A stretch of DNA of 64,000 nt, taken from contig NC_058368.1 of the NCBI RefSeq assembly GCF_018350175.1, positions 70,372,001-70,436,000 of the forward strand, written 5' to 3'. Made by a program: the position numbers and the translations under genes. Below are positions 23,613-36,915 of the stretch, piece by piece (the first letter of the stretch is position 1; each line of letters opens with the position of its first letter). The notes under the pieces were generated by a model. It was not told where the DNA came from. It did no database searches and saw only the letters and a list, made by a program, of their open reading frames with translations. The stretch is from Felis catus (Eukaryota).

Positions 23613-24739
23613 CTTGCTGACACTTTCTTGATAGGATCTGGTATCATGAATGTTTTCTGATAATAGCAGGACTCATATTCTCCCTGAAGTTGGACCTTAA
23701 ATGGCTTACTGACTAAATATCATGGATTTCAGTTGTCCAGTTGTTCAACTAGAAATGACCAATGTCATGTATTTGAAGATAATGACCATCACTGTGAACA
23801 CTTTGTCAATAATTTTAAGACAGATTTGCATTTCAGAGTTATAAAAATATTAAGGTGGGGGAATGTGCAATTCTGTAGATCCTATTGCTGTTTGGGTCTA
23901 GTGTGCCCTTTTCAAAGCATGATGAGTGATATGAATGAATTGAAGGTCCTTTAGGGGATCCGGTAGTAGAATATTTTACCATACCCACATTCAGTTGTTC
24001 AGGGAGTGCTCCATCTTGTAAATAGAGAAGGTATGTAGTCTTCCATAAAACACTTACTAATTAACCAATTAACTAATAAAAGTGCTGCTTGAGTCCAAGA
24101 TACAATTACAAATAATTGTGTGTAACAAATATAAATACAAATAAATGTGTATTTTACATATACATTATCATTATTCACTTACAGGGTTGTGATTTCTTCA
24201 TTTGGGGTTGCTATTATAGTGAACTTGTTAAAGAGAGAAATACTTTAGTTTTATCTCTTTAAACACACTTGGTTAAAATCAACCCTGGGACCTAGTCCTT
24301 TCAATACTCAATTATCTGCAGTTCATCAAGCATTCGTTGACCTTTGAAGCTGGTATGTAATAGATTCTAGCCACTTCCAGAAATGAAGAGAAAAAAAAGA
24401 TGTACAACCAGCCCTACAGGAGGTGGTAATGGATTTTGCAGAGAGGTGGGACAGTCCTTCCCCTGCTCCTCCTCACCTCTTCAAAACTAGCTCCTGTTGG
24501 CCTGAAATGCTGTTTACTTCTTTAAGCAATGCCATTTGCCTGTAAGACATCTCAGTTTCCTAATGCTATAACTTTTACAACTTCTATTTATTAAAAGTTC
24601 ACTGTGTACCAACCCCTCAGCTGGGTGTTTTACAGGTAAAGTGCACGTAACCCAAAAAAAGGGTTATCGTGATTTAGTTCAAGAAACAGTTTTCTAACTT
24701 AGTAACTATTTATGTGCAAGACCCTGGGAGACTAGGATA

Positions 24740-24924
24740 GTTGTTCTTAAGAGGAGCTATGCCAGGGGCACCTGGGTGGCTCAGTCAGTTGAGCCTACTT
24801 AGGTCATGATCTCGCGGTCTGAGTTTGAGCCGCGTTGGGCTCTGTGCTGACAGCTCAGAGCCTGGAGCCTGCTTTGGATTCTGTGTCTCCCTCTCTCTGT
24901 GATCCTCCCCCGTTCATGCTCGCG

Positions 24925-24986
<62 letters not shown>

Positions 24987-25786
24987 CAAAGATAAATAAA
25001 CATTTTTTAAAAAGTTTAAACAGGAGCTATGCCAGCTCTTGAAGGGCTTTTTGGGAAATCATGGAGTGTTGAGTTTGTTTGTACATTTTGACAGAAGGAT
25101 TGGGGCTGCCATTGGCATTTTGAAGTCAGGAGCCAGGGATGCTAGGTTCAGAGCTGTGCCACATAGGTGTTAATGTTTGTACCAAACCAAAGCACTCAGC
25201 AAGGTTTGTAATTATCTAAGCCCAGACTCTAACTCTATTTTCCATATAAACAGCAAGGTAATTTTTTAATCTTATTTTTTAAATTAACATTAACATGATT
25301 TTTGAGGGTATATAGTTTTAAAACATATGTAGGTTTTCATATGCTTATTTGCTATCTGCATGTATCCTCTTTAGTGAAGTGTTCAAGTCTTTTGTGCATG
25401 TGTAAGTTGGGTTTTTCATTTTCTTACTGTTGAGTTTTGAGAGTTCTTTATATATTCTGGGTAGAGGTCCTTCATTGGATGTGTGATTAGAAAATATTTT
25501 TTCCAATTGTGTAGGTTATCTTTTCATCTCTTAATAGTGTCATTCATAGAATTTTGATGAAGTCTAATTTACTAACTTTTTCTTTAATGGATTATGTTTT
25601 TAATGTCATGTAAAAGAACTCTGCCTAACTCCAAATCACAAAGATCATTATACAAGTTCCCTTCTAGGATTTTCATAGTTTTGTGTTTTATATTTAGATT
25701 TATAATCCATTTTGAGCTAATTTTTGTATAAGTTGTGAGGTTTAGGCTGAGTCTTTCTCTCTTTCTTTCTTTCTTTGCTTTTCTTT

Positions 25787-25846
<60 letters not shown>

Positions 25847-27125
25847 TTTTTTTTTTGCATTTGGATGACCAATTGAACCAATACTACTTACTAAGAAGAC
25901 GAACTTTTCTCCACTGACTTGCCTTTCCTCCTTTGCTGAAAATCAAATGACCATATTTGTATGAGTCTATTTATAAACTCTCTTTTTTGTTTCATTGTTT
26001 TTTCTGCATGTAGTTTTTCCAATGTCAGTTTTCATTTTCAAAATCTTTGCTGTGCTATTTGGATCTGTCCTACGTGTACATCACGTAGTGGCCAGTCTGG
26101 GACCTGAGTGGTTTCTACCCCATAGTTCAGTTCTCAAAGTTCTTAGGTCTCAGGTCACATTCATGCATGTGCAGCTAGAGGTGAGCCCAGTAGTTCTGGA
26201 ACTTTCCTGAAGTGTTCCCTGTCTGCCATGATGCTAGTACTTTCTAGTTCCCTGCAGCTCCCTTTTTTAGTCCTCCATTTTGGAAGCTGGGGCATTAGTT
26301 ATCCCCCTGTGCTGCACACTTCTCAGAACAGTACCTATCTGCAGGACCAAGAGACAGGAGGGCAAAGGGAGAGAAAGCATTGGAAATTTGCTCCCTGTGG
26401 TGGGATCACACCTTCTCTGATTAAAAGAGAAAGGGTTTCCCACACTAAGGTTTTAGATACTTGTAGCCACACACTGCTGCTTTGTGGTTGGGATTGCCTG
26501 GGTGCTGGGACTCAAGAGAATGGCGAAAGAAGGAAAAAAGGAAAACAGGGTATTTTCCCCTCCAGTTCTGACTGTTCACAATCCCCCTTCTATTTGCTTC
26601 AGCCAGAACTAGATTTTCTTGGAGCTCTTTCCAGGGCCCACCCCCACATTTCAGACTACCTTGAGTCCAGGTAGGAGGAGTACTGGAAGGGGCAAAAATG
26701 GGAAACTCACTGGTAGTTTGGTCGTAGTTCAAATTCTGGTCTTTCCCATTCCATCTGCTCCCATTTACCCAGGACCAGAACTCCTAAACACAAGACAGTT
26801 TTTATACCGTTTTAAATACATACTGAATTTTTGAGGAATGCACCTAAATGTAAAATCAAGAGATGGTGTATTTGATTTTGTTTCGAACTTTATGAAACCA
26901 TGTTTATGCTCTCCAAATGTCACCAAAGGCCATCCTACCCATGGCATTTGCACTGCCAGCATCACATGCCTGCATTTGTAGTTTTGTGCTCTGCCTCAAG
27001 CATTTCGTGCTTTGCCTAAGGCATTAAACATTAAAATACATGTTATTTTGTTATCAATAACTTAGTTTTTATTTTTCCTTATTTTATAGATGAGGCATGG
27101 AGTAACATTTTTGAAATGATGTGCT
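24740..27125 (+). mobile_element. MER20B-like hAT element split by a Can-SINE (24766-25018) and an L1
   Basis: GGCATTTTG..GCCAGGGATGCT and AATTATCTAAGCCCAGACTCTAACTC on the left; continues after the L1 with ATACTGAATTTTTGAGGAATGCA. Confidence 0.6.
25265..26785 (-). mobile_element. Old L1 fragments (ORF2 3' part plus probable 5'-region remnants); (TTTC)n at 25753-25856
   Basis: ATCCATTTTGAGCTAATTTTTGTAT and GAGAGTTCTTTATATATTCTGG are antisense L1 ORF2 motifs. Confidence 0.75.
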
Positions 27126-27179
27126 TTGGCAAATTAAGGAGGTGGGCCTTAAATCTTTTGACATCCTTCTTGTCTAGAG

Positions 27180-27420
27180 ATGCTTTGGCGGCTGGCCAGG
27201 TTGTCTCTTCATGTTATTTCAGGGACTCTCCCTGTGTTCTCTCCAGCATGGTGGTCTCAGGGTAGTTGGGCTTCATACATGGCATTTCAGGGCTCCATGA
27301 ATGCTCCCAGAGCTCCAGAAGGTAGCTACAAGAATTCTCATGACCTAGCACTGGAAGTACCCAAATGCCACATTCTACTAAGCTTGCAACCACGAAGGCC
27401 CAGCCTGGATTCAGGGGAAG
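27180..27420 (-). mobile_element. Old MaLR LTR fragment (MLT1I-K-like)
   Basis: TCTCCAGCATGG...CTTCATACATGGC..CAGGGCTCC...TGACCTAGC pattern. Confidence 0.55.
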
Positions 27421-27934
27421 CTTAGGCAGGAGTTACTCAGAAAGGGCCAGTGCCAGGAATGGCTTGTAGGTAAGATAACGACCTGGAGGACCAGGACTCC
27501 CCAGACTCCATCAGGGAACAAACTGCTAGGCATTAATGTGACTCTTGTTGATTCCTAAAACAAATAGAGAGGGAAGTCCCTGTTGGGTGAATCTGCATGT
27601 AGTATCCATGGTCTATATTTCTTGTCCTTGAACAGAGTTGCCAGGGATATCCTTTGAATGCCTGTATGCACAGAGCAAATACATATTTATTCAATATCAC
27701 AGTGCTAAGTATGTGGGTGATAAAGTTAATAATGTCTGCCCTTCAAGGCTACAATGCTGTTATAAAAAATCAATATACAAATATTTACAAATCAAATAGT
27801 GAAATAGTGTATAAAAATTGCCATAAAAATAGTGTAAAAAAATTGCCATGTAAAATTGAAGAGCTTCATGAATCCAGAAAAGAGAAGTATCTATTTTCAT
27901 CTCTAAACTGTGCATCTGTGATGTCAACCCTGAC

Positions 27935-28345
27935 TTTTTTTTTTAAGTTTTGTTTATTTAGGTAATCGCTACACCCCACATGGGGCTCAAATTCATGACC
28001 CCAAGATCAAGGGTCGAATGCTATCCTGAGGGAGCCAGCCAGACTCCTCTCATTGGCATCACTTGGGAAACTTTTTAAGCATAATAATCCACCCTCCTCT
28101 ACCCTACCCTTGCCTCAGATTATGATTTAATTGAAGGGTGGAGCCCAGGCATTAGTATTTATAAAGAGCTTTTCAAGTGATCCTTTTTACATTTTTTAAA
28201 AAGATTTTATTTTTAAGTAATCCCTACACCCAACGTGAAGCTCCAACTCACAACCCCGAGGTGAAGAATTGTGTGCTCTACCAACTGAGCCAGCCAGCCA
28301 TCCTCCTCCAAATGATTCCAATGGGAAGCCAGAACTGACCAGTGC
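27935..28345. mobile_element. Two short minus-strand Can-SINEs (27935-28048, 28184-28303) and a MER5A-like MITE (28050-28345)
   Basis: SINE heads; GGGTGGAGCCCAGGCATTAGTATTT...TGATTCCAATGGG MER5-like motif. Confidence 0.75.
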
Positions 28346-28834
28346 CCAGTGTTTCTCTGCTTTTCTGATAATTGGACTCCAGTGGGTTCCTTTGTAAGCA
28401 GTATCATTTCCTCTGGGAGACAGAGAGACAGGTCTGAGAAGGTCTAATATATAAACCAGGAATTTGTAGTTTCAACAATTGCCCAGATGATTCTTGTCAT
28501 TAGAGAAGTTTAGGTGATAGTGCCGTGTTCCAATTCCTTCCCAGTGCTGAATGCAAATTTCACTCTGAAGCTAACCTCCACCTTAACCTCAAATACAGGG
28601 GCCATCCTCCCCTCGAAACCCCATAAAATCCAATGCCAGCCCTGTACTGAATCCTACCCTAATAATTACTGCAATTCTCACCCTAACACCTACTTCAAAT
28701 TTTAACTCCCAAATCCATTCATTAACACCTCTGAGGAAAACGTTCCATTTTTAGCCCAATTTTCTCATCAAATTCTCCACCTTTATCTCCATCAGCTTGT
28801 TCAACCCTACGTGGGAGTCATTTGGTGCCTTAGC

Positions 28835-29022
28835 TTTAGAGACAAGCAAATCTCTGCTTGAATCCCAGTTCCATGTTCAACAAGTTGTTGAATCTCTCAG
28901 TAAGACTCACTTTTCCTTCTCTGTAAAATGGGGATAATAATAACTGCCTTATAGGATTGTTTGGAAGAATTAAGAAAGTAATACCTGGGAGGCATTTAGA
29001 GATAATAGATGCAATTAACATT
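28835..29022 (+). mobile_element. MIR
   Basis: CTGTAAAATGGGGATAATAATAACTGCCTTATAGGATTGTT. Confidence 0.8.
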
Positions 29023-29792
29023 CCCGCAACCTCCCCGATTCTTCCATTCCAGGCCTCTCTGCCTGCTAAACTCCTGCTCTAGAAAATCTAAATAAGATTT
29101 ATTAGACTGTGTTGTGAAGGTCAAAGAAAAATCTCACCTTTCTCAAAAAGAATGAGGAAAATTATGAAACGGGAATAGTTTGCTGAGATTCCGGTCTCTT
29201 TCCCTTCTATCTATCCATAGATGTTCAAAAAGCAAGTTTTAAAAATCTAAACTTAATTTGGAAAGGTTTGCTATAGGCATTAAAGGAATATTAGCGACAG
29301 ATGCTTCTCTTTTGACCTAATTTATAGATCTACCATAGTTCACTCTGTTTATGTTTTGGAAAACATGTTTTTCCTTTCAAATCATCGTTACCTTTCCTTT
29401 AAGAGTTAGGCTTCACCATGAACTCCGGAAGAAATAAAATCATGTGTAGGCAATGATTTTAGCTTTAATATTTTCAATACTTCAGAAAATAGATAAGGAC
29501 GAGGGCCTTTTTTTAAAGTCAACTCCCTTCTGTGTATTCCTCAGTGAGCACAGGCTGCCTTCTGGAAGTAGGACATAACCTACTTGTATGTTATTAAGAC
29601 GTCAAAAGTAAAGAAAAAATATGTTTAGCCTAACCTTAAAAATGGTTTCTTTTTTGGTAGAGTGAAATTAATGGAAATGGAGTTCCCAATGAAAATGGAA
29701 AACGAAGAAAGGTTGTTTGTAAAAGAAATATATTCTCATTAAACATACAGATTCAGGATCAGTAATATTAAGGAAAAAGAAAGTATTTGCCA

Positions 29793-29985
29793 AATATATA
29801 CATTTCTGTTTATATATTTACAATATATAATATATAAATATATATTATATATAAATATATATTGTATAATATATAGTGTATATATTATATATATTGTAAA
29901 TGTATAATTTATAATATATACAATATATAAAAGATAAATATATTATAAAAGATAAATATATAAATATTATATAATACATATACTT
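29793..29985. repeat. AT-rich (TA)n low-complexity tract
   Basis: Seen directly. Confidence 0.9.
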
Positions 29986-30029
29986 AAACTTAGAGAAGAT
30001 GTATGTGTATGTAAATTCTCCAGGTAGAA

Positions 30030-30141
30030 ATCTTAAGCTGAGTGTGGAGCCTGTGGTGGGGTTCGATCCCCTGACCCTGGGGTTATGACCTGAGCCGAAA
30101 TCAAGAGTCAGATCCTTAACCAACTGAGCTACCACGTGATC
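30030..30141 (-). mobile_element. Tailless Can-SINE
   Basis: Head only, with no CT or A tail; 12-bp direct repeat CTCCAGGTAGAA. Confidence 0.85.
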
Positions 30142-32276
30142 CTCCAGGTAGAAGTTTTTTTAATTATATTGTTAATGGAAACTATGACTGGAAATTCCCT
30201 GCTGAGATATTTAACATGATGAGAAATTCTAGTAAAATGAAGAGAAATGAGGAAAACTACCCGTGAACTGAAAACAAAGATTATTCTCTAGACTGAGAAA
30301 ATCCCCTTTTTTCTGACTCCTTCTTGACTGGGCAGGAAAAACAATCCTGTCCCTCCCTCTGAGTTCTTTTTTGTGGAATTTTCATTCTTGCTCTTTTTCT
30401 GTCTCTGGTGTGGCTTGTTCCTTCTCTTTGGTGTGGGTGCCTGCTGTACTAAGAGCACATTATTTTTAATTTCTCAGAAATCCATAAACATGCAACTAAA
30501 ATGATATAGAGAATGTTTGGCTCAAAGGGGAGAAGCTCTTTTAGCCAAACTTTCCAATTCCCTCCTGTAACTTCTAGGTAATTCAAATGTCTCCTGTCTG
30601 TAGTTGAGTGGTACTATAAAGCAGAGTGAACAATAAAAGGTTTGTGTCAGTTTTAAAAGGAGCAATGTTTCAAATCCTAATTGGGATGTCAGAGTATCAT
30701 TTGTACAAATTTGCCAGTGACCACAGGCTGACTTGCCATTATGTGCGCATCGCTGTTACTCATTCTTAAAGATGCTGCTCTGAGCAAAACAGCGATGGGA
30801 ATTCTGTTTGCTTGTTTTGCTTTTGGTTTGGGCTGAATGAGATGACAGCTTTGTACGTCGTTACTGTGCTTTGTCACCTAACATATAGAGCATTTCAGGC
30901 TAAAAATTCCTTATGCTTTAAGTTTCCGTTCACATAAAATGAATTAAAGCCCTTCTGGATCCACATGGCAGGTTCATAGGGGAGCAAAATACATTTCTTT
31001 CAATGAGACATAACTCGAACGAATGTTGAGTGTGTTTAAAATTCTGTGAGAGGATGAGCATCGCAATGGGGAGAAATCTCAGTGGTGGGTTTGTAACGGC
31101 AGACCAAAGGAAAGGAGAAAGACCTTGCTGTTTGAGGCGGTGCCATGAATTGTAAGCCTGAGAAGGGGCATAGAAGGCTGGGGATGAGGAGCTTGGAAGG
31201 AAAGTGCAACAGACCCTACCTGTGTCCACAGCAGAGTTGCTTTCCCTGGAAATATCTGGAATAGAACAGGCTAGCTGAAACCGAGGGTGGATATCGGGCA
31301 CATTCTTGCCATAACCTTCCTGATATCTCACAAAGCACAAGCACCTGCCCAAACCCAAACGGGAGTTTTTATCGGCTGCCATGGACCAGATGCTATATTG
31401 ACACAAACTTTCTTGGGACTGATCAAAGAATTCCAGAGGGGAACACAAGGACCAGGGGAAAGTTCAAAGGAGGTAAATTTCAGTCCAACCCAGAGAAAAA
31501 CATCCCCAAACTGGAGTGCTTCGTTCCAAGCTGCCTTACCTTGAAAGTCACCCCAACTCGACCCAGCACCCAGAACTTTATACACATTAAGCCCTCACAT
31601 GTGTCCCAGCCAAAAGAACTTACAGCCCAGCCCTGTTGGATACGGCCAAGCCTGTGGGCTTGGGCCAGTCTTGGCATCCCCTGCATTGGCCTAGGGAGCC
31701 GGCAGGAAACGGTGCAGGCCCAGTGACAGCCCTGATGTCCAGTTTTGCACTTTTCATGCCCCTGGTTAGCCTGCCCTGCTGGCCCTGCTGCCTGGCTCCC
31801 CCGACACTCATATTTTCAACTAGCTCTCCCTGGGGAAGGAGGAGGCTCTGGAAACCCTGTCCACCTCAATTGCTTCCTTCCAACCCCCTTGCCCAAGATT
31901 TCACTCTGCATCAGGTTTTTCTCCCCGTGTGGAGAAAAGTATGTGGCACAGCCAGCCACATACTTCAGCCTGACCCTCTTGGGAAGACCAGAATTTCCAT
32001 CATTCCAGTCTCATCCTTTGGGCTCCTGGCCACTAGTCATGGCCTGATGTCATCCAGAGCTGTTGATCCTCTCACCGCTCAGCCTCACCACAATTTGACT
32101 CGGATCTTGCACATGTTGCCTCAGACTGGTCACCTCCACAACTCCTGTGTTTCCCCCTATTCTCTTGCAGCCCTCCCTACCTAGGACACTTCTGGGTTCA
32201 AGGACTGCATGTCCTGTTCCCTCCTTCAGGTCCAAAGTAGGGAGGCAAAGAGGGGATCGGCATTCTGTCTTTGTGT

Positions 32277-32705
32277 ATGCAGCAGAAACAATTGGTGTTC
32301 CCCATGCCAAACCCCTTGGCATTCATTTCCAAAGTCAAAGGCTACTTACCACTGACTCCCCAAAATATCTGCTTGAAGGCTTTTTTTGGCCTTGGGAAGT
32401 ATGCCCAGGGAAGTTGAAGTGTTGGACAATTAATCGCCTGGAAGCACCCTGAGACAGTGACAAAGAGAGAACTGGTGAATAAGTACCCCAGCTCCCTGGC
32501 CCCTTGGGTGGGTTATTTCTGAGCCATGGTTTTCATGTTCCCCAGTGGTACTGAGCTCTATTTGCCCACGGTGGTAAGTTGCTTGGAATTGGATGCTTTG
32601 TTGCCTTCCTCCCCTACCCTGTCACACATTGACCATGTCCTGTATTTTCTGGCATCTTCCTCTCTCAAATAAACTACTCGCACTTGAATCTTCTTCTCGG
32701 GGGGT
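32277..32705 (+). mobile_element. ERVL LTR (LTR16-like)
   Basis: GAATAAGTACCCCAGCTCCC...CAAATAAACTACTCGCACTTGAATC, a typical LTR16 3' part. Confidence 0.7.
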
Positions 32706-34815
32706 TGCCAATGAGCGAGGCACAGTGTCTAGCACACAGTAAGCACTCAGAGCATGGATTAATGAATTCATCTATCAGTTTTGTAGGTGGGGTTTCTGCA
32801 TTACGAGAGAGGCTGCACTCTGTGACCATGTAAGATGCTTCCAGAAGCGATAATACTCCCAGGGAGAAATAAATCTCTTTGTAACTAGAAGTCCTAGAAA
32901 AGGACCTGGGAGATGAAAAGATGTGAAAAAAAAGAGACTTTTCTCCCCTCTGTGCCAGTGTGCTTTCAGATGTGAAGGGGGGCAACGAGGATCACAGGTT
33001 GGTTATGAAATCATGCAATTTCTTGAGCCAGCACATTGCGTTTTATGGACACTGCAGCCCAGGGTGCTGTGCAGGGAGTGATTTTCCATCCAGTCTATAG
33101 CGTTCACAGCTTCTAGTCACAGCAAGCAGAGCCAGAAATAATAGAAGATACTCAAACCCAAGAGTATTGCATTATAAATAAATAAATATATAATGTCAAA
33201 ATCATATATGAAATAAAGTTTTAATTACTCTATGACTGGAATTTTCATAACACTCTTTTATGGTTGGTTGGCAGCATGTTCGTATTTCTGTGTTACAAGT
33301 GAGGAAATGAGTCACAAAGCTGTAGAGAGAATGTGTTGAAGACTTTCCGGCTGCTGTCTGAGGAGGGCTGGAAGAAAATGTTCCTGAACCCTCTCCTCAT
33401 ATGCTCAGACTGACACGAGCTTTCCAGCATAGGTTCAGATTCTCAAATCTGTCTGATATAGTTTTACGAGGGAACAAAACCTCGTGGCTAGTGAGCTATA
33501 GAAGAGCCATTTGTGACGAGGAATTTAATGATATTATATATTGGGGGGGGGGGATGTAAAATGAGAACATGAAAAATCACATATTTTTCCATAACAATTC
33601 AGAGTCTAATATGATTGAGCAAAATCAGATTTTTTTTTCATAATAACTAAAATTTAATATAGTGGAACAGGTGCAAAATGAGGTTCCCCCTGCTCCCACC
33701 TCCATGGAGCTGTCCTGCTGGGAAGTATCTGAATTCCACATCTTCTCTACCAGAATAGGGGCTTAGGGAGGGGGTGGGTGGGACAGGACAGTCCAGGAGG
33801 GGTCTGCCCCTGAAGTCTAGACACGCTCATGGGGCACAGACAGATGCTGGGAGGAAAGAGATCCACGAGCAGAGAGAACATCACCTGCCTGGAGGAGAGT
33901 TGGCTGGCAATGGCCCGGGCGGTGATTAGCACCTCAGATGTCCAGAAAAGAAGTCATAGGTGGGTGTTGCGCAGACCACTGATGCATGGCAGCAGGGAGT
34001 GGATAATACATGAAACCCAAACAGACCAGCAATAGTGTCTGGCAGCCGCAGGACTGGTTGAAAGGGACAGTCACTTGTCAGGCTACAAAAATAAACTGAG
34101 AAGAGTCAAGAGACTCTGGAACTGAGTACTAGGTGAGGGCGAGGAGCTCAGCCTCTAGAACTACCAACGGTCAAGAACACGCAGCAACATGGCAGACTTG
34201 ATGATCAGGACTCACTGGATCTACTGACAGAGGCTTTAGAAATTCCCCACAGTCAGGCACAGGGTTAGCCCCAGAGCTGACAGTAGGGGACTGAAGTTGT
34301 TTCCTGAGCTTGGGTATTAGTCCATTGTGTGTGTGTGTGGCCGGGGGGGGGCAGGTACAAAGGCAGGGGATCTGGCAGACCACACTACAAATAATCCCCA
34401 GGAAGGAAAACAGTGATTTCTAAGAAGTAAAGGGAGGAAGTTGCCCTCTCTTTAAAACTTGGGACCTACCCAAGTTCCCCACGGGAGACTGAAAAGAAAA
34501 GTAAACTTAATTCCTAAAAAATAGAGTCTTAGGAAAATAAGGGAATGAGAGAAAAAATAATTGGATCCTAAAGAGAGAGTTTCTGGGATGGGTATCTTTG
34601 GCTATCATCTATTTTACATTTTTATCATTGTCGTGGACCAAGACATACGATGCAGAGTTACCAAATAAGACAATGACAAAATTCTGGGAAGCTAGCCAAA
34701 CTCATGACCTTCCCCCACTGGACCTGAGAGGTGCTGTGAGACCCACAGCTAAGTCCTGGAATAAGATTGGAGAAGCCTTCTTGAAGAGGGTTTGGCGTGT
34801 GGAGATCTATTCTCC

Positions 34816-34849
34816 TGTGTTAGGGTTCTTCAGAGAGATGGAATCAATA

Positions 34850-34897
<48 letters not shown>

Positions 34898-35764
34898 AGA
34901 GATTGATTGATTTTAAGGAATTGGTCACACAATTGTGGGTTCTTGTAAGTCCAAAGTCTGCAGGGCAAGCCAGCAGGCTGAAGACCCAGGGAAGAACTGA
35001 TGTTGCACCTTGAGTCTGAAGGCAGTCTGGAGGCAGAATTTCCTTTCTTGAGGGACTTCATTCTTTTTTCTCTTAAGGCCTTCAACGGATTAGATGAGGC
35101 CCACCCACATTATTGAAGGTATTTTGCTTCACTCAAAGTCTACTCATTCAAATGCAATTTCAGGGATGCTTGGGTGGTTCAGTAAGTTAAGTGTCCAACT
35201 CTTGATTTTGGCTCAGGTCATGATCTCACGGTTTGTGGGATTGAGCCCAGTGTCAGGCTCTGTGCTGAGCCTGTTTGGGATTCTCACTCTCCCCCCCTCT
35301 CTGTCCCTTCTTCTTCTTCATGTACTCTTACTCTGTCTCTCTGTCCCTCCCTCGCTCACATGCTCTTTCTCTGTCTCAAAATAAATAGGTAAAAACTTTT
35401 AAAAAAATAAAATAAATGTAATTTCACTTGAAAAACACCTTCAAATCAACCTCTAGGCTGGTGTTTAACCAAATATGTGGGTACCATGGCCTAGCCAAGT
35501 TGGCACATAAAATTAACTATCATCGAGGGGTGCCTGGGTGGCTCAGTCAGTTAAGCCTCTGACTTGGTCGGCTCAGATCATGATCTCACAATTTGTGAGT
35601 TCGACCCTGCATCGGGCTCTGTGCTGACAGCTCAGTCTGGAGCCTGCTTCAGATTCTGTGTCTCCCTCTCTCTCTGTCCCTCCCCTGCTCCTGCTCTCTC
35701 TCTCTGTTCCAAAAATAAATAAACATTAAAAAAATAATAGCATTTAAAAGAAATTAACTATCAT
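34816..35764 (-). mobile_element. MLT2-type ERVL solo LTR with (TG)n and two plus-strand Can-SINEs (35162-35415, 35527-35748)
   Basis: TGTGTTAGGGTTCTTCAGAGA...GATGAGGCCCACCCACATTAT...CCTAGCCAAGTTGGCACATAAAATTAACTATCA; SINE TSD AAATTAACTATCAT. Confidence 0.88.
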
Positions 35765-36048
35765 AGAACCCCCAAAGGAAGGGTAATTCTGGTCCCTTAT
35801 GGTATCTTGGTAGGATCCCACTGACCTTCCTGAATTCCAAGAAGCTGGAGATGGAGGGAGGGAGATAATGTGTTTTTATGCAAGGCTAGAACATATAAGC
35901 CCATGTAGCTGAGAAGATGAAGGGTCAAGGAGCCTTCCTCCCAGTGTTACAGTGGGGAACGGATGACATATCAGCTCTCACACTGCAGGCATGCAGGGCA
36001 GGCACCATCTTGCTTTCATCTTTCGCAGAGTGGCTTCCCTTTAAGTAA

Positions 36049-36537
36049 GGTGGTAGACAGAATAACACCCCTCCAAATACATTCACATCCCAATCCCGGG
36101 AACCTCTGACCATATTACCTTGTGTGGCAAAAGGGACTTTGCAGATATGGTTATGGATCTGGAAAGGGAGATGATCTTGGACTATCCAAGTGGGCCCAAT
36201 ATAATTAGAAAAAAAACCCTTATAAGAGGAAGGCACGGGGCTAGAGCCAGAAAAGGTGACATGACCACAGAAGCAGAGGTTGGAGTGCTGTGTTTTCAAG
36301 ATGGAGGACGGGGCCACAAGTCAAGTAATGCAGGCAGCTCCAAAAGTTGGAGAAAATATGGAAATGGATTCTTCCCTAGAGCCTCCAGAAGGAATGAAGT
36401 TCTACTGACATCTTGATTTTAGGACTTCTGACCTCCAGAACTGTAAGACCATTTGCATGGTCTGACACCATTTGCATGGTGTCAAGCCACAAGGTAATGA
36501 GGTAATTTGCTACAGTAGCAATAAGAAGCTAATTTAG
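36049..36537 (+). mobile_element. MaLR solo LTR (MLT1D-like)
   Basis: GGTAGACAGAATAAC...GGCAAAAGGGACTTTGCAGAT...CTAGAGCCTCCAGAAGGAA...GACCTCCAGAACTGTAAGA. Confidence 0.88.
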
Positions 36538-36599
36538 TACCTTGAAGGGACCCAGTGGCCACAGAGAAACAACCATCAGAAGACTCGTAATAGGTTTCA

Positions 36600-36915
36600 G
36601 GGAAATAACATTGTTGAAGGAGTCAGACGAAAGCTGAATTAAAATATAAAAAAGCACATAAGAAGATTCAATCACAGCACATGCACACGCACATGAACTT
36701 TCTGGAACATTTATTATCAAAAGATATTAAAAACTATTAAAAGATAAAATAGTCACTGTTAAGACCCAAGTTGGTGGTACCGAAGGCAAATAGAAAAAAA
36801 AGCTTAAAAGACAGACCAAATACATAAAGGAATGGAAATCGCAAGAGAGAAAAATTAAAAACTTGAAAGACATAAGTAGAAGAAGTAACATAAACAACGG
36901 GATTCCAGAAGGATG
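36600..36915 (+). mobile_element. Ancient L1/HAL1 ORF1 remnant
   Basis: Reads KNLKDISRRSNINNGIPEG at ~36858-36914, resembling the ORF1p motif (D/N)RSRRNNIRIIGIPE. Confidence 0.6.

Noticed and set aside
23615..24060. Possible hAT-Charlie transposase remnant or processed pseudogene
   Set aside because: Only a faint QLE-TNV-like resemblance; cannot be supported without a search.
21950..26000. Oppositely oriented L1 ORF2 pieces as a single twin-primed insertion
   Set aside because: They overlap in L1 coordinates, are separated by unrelated DNA and share no TSD; more likely independent insertions.
30930..32452. 172- and 182-aa ORFs and neighbours
   Set aside because: No recognisable protein similarity. 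The region abuts an LTR16-like element and may be decayed ERVL internal sequence; I could not confirm this.
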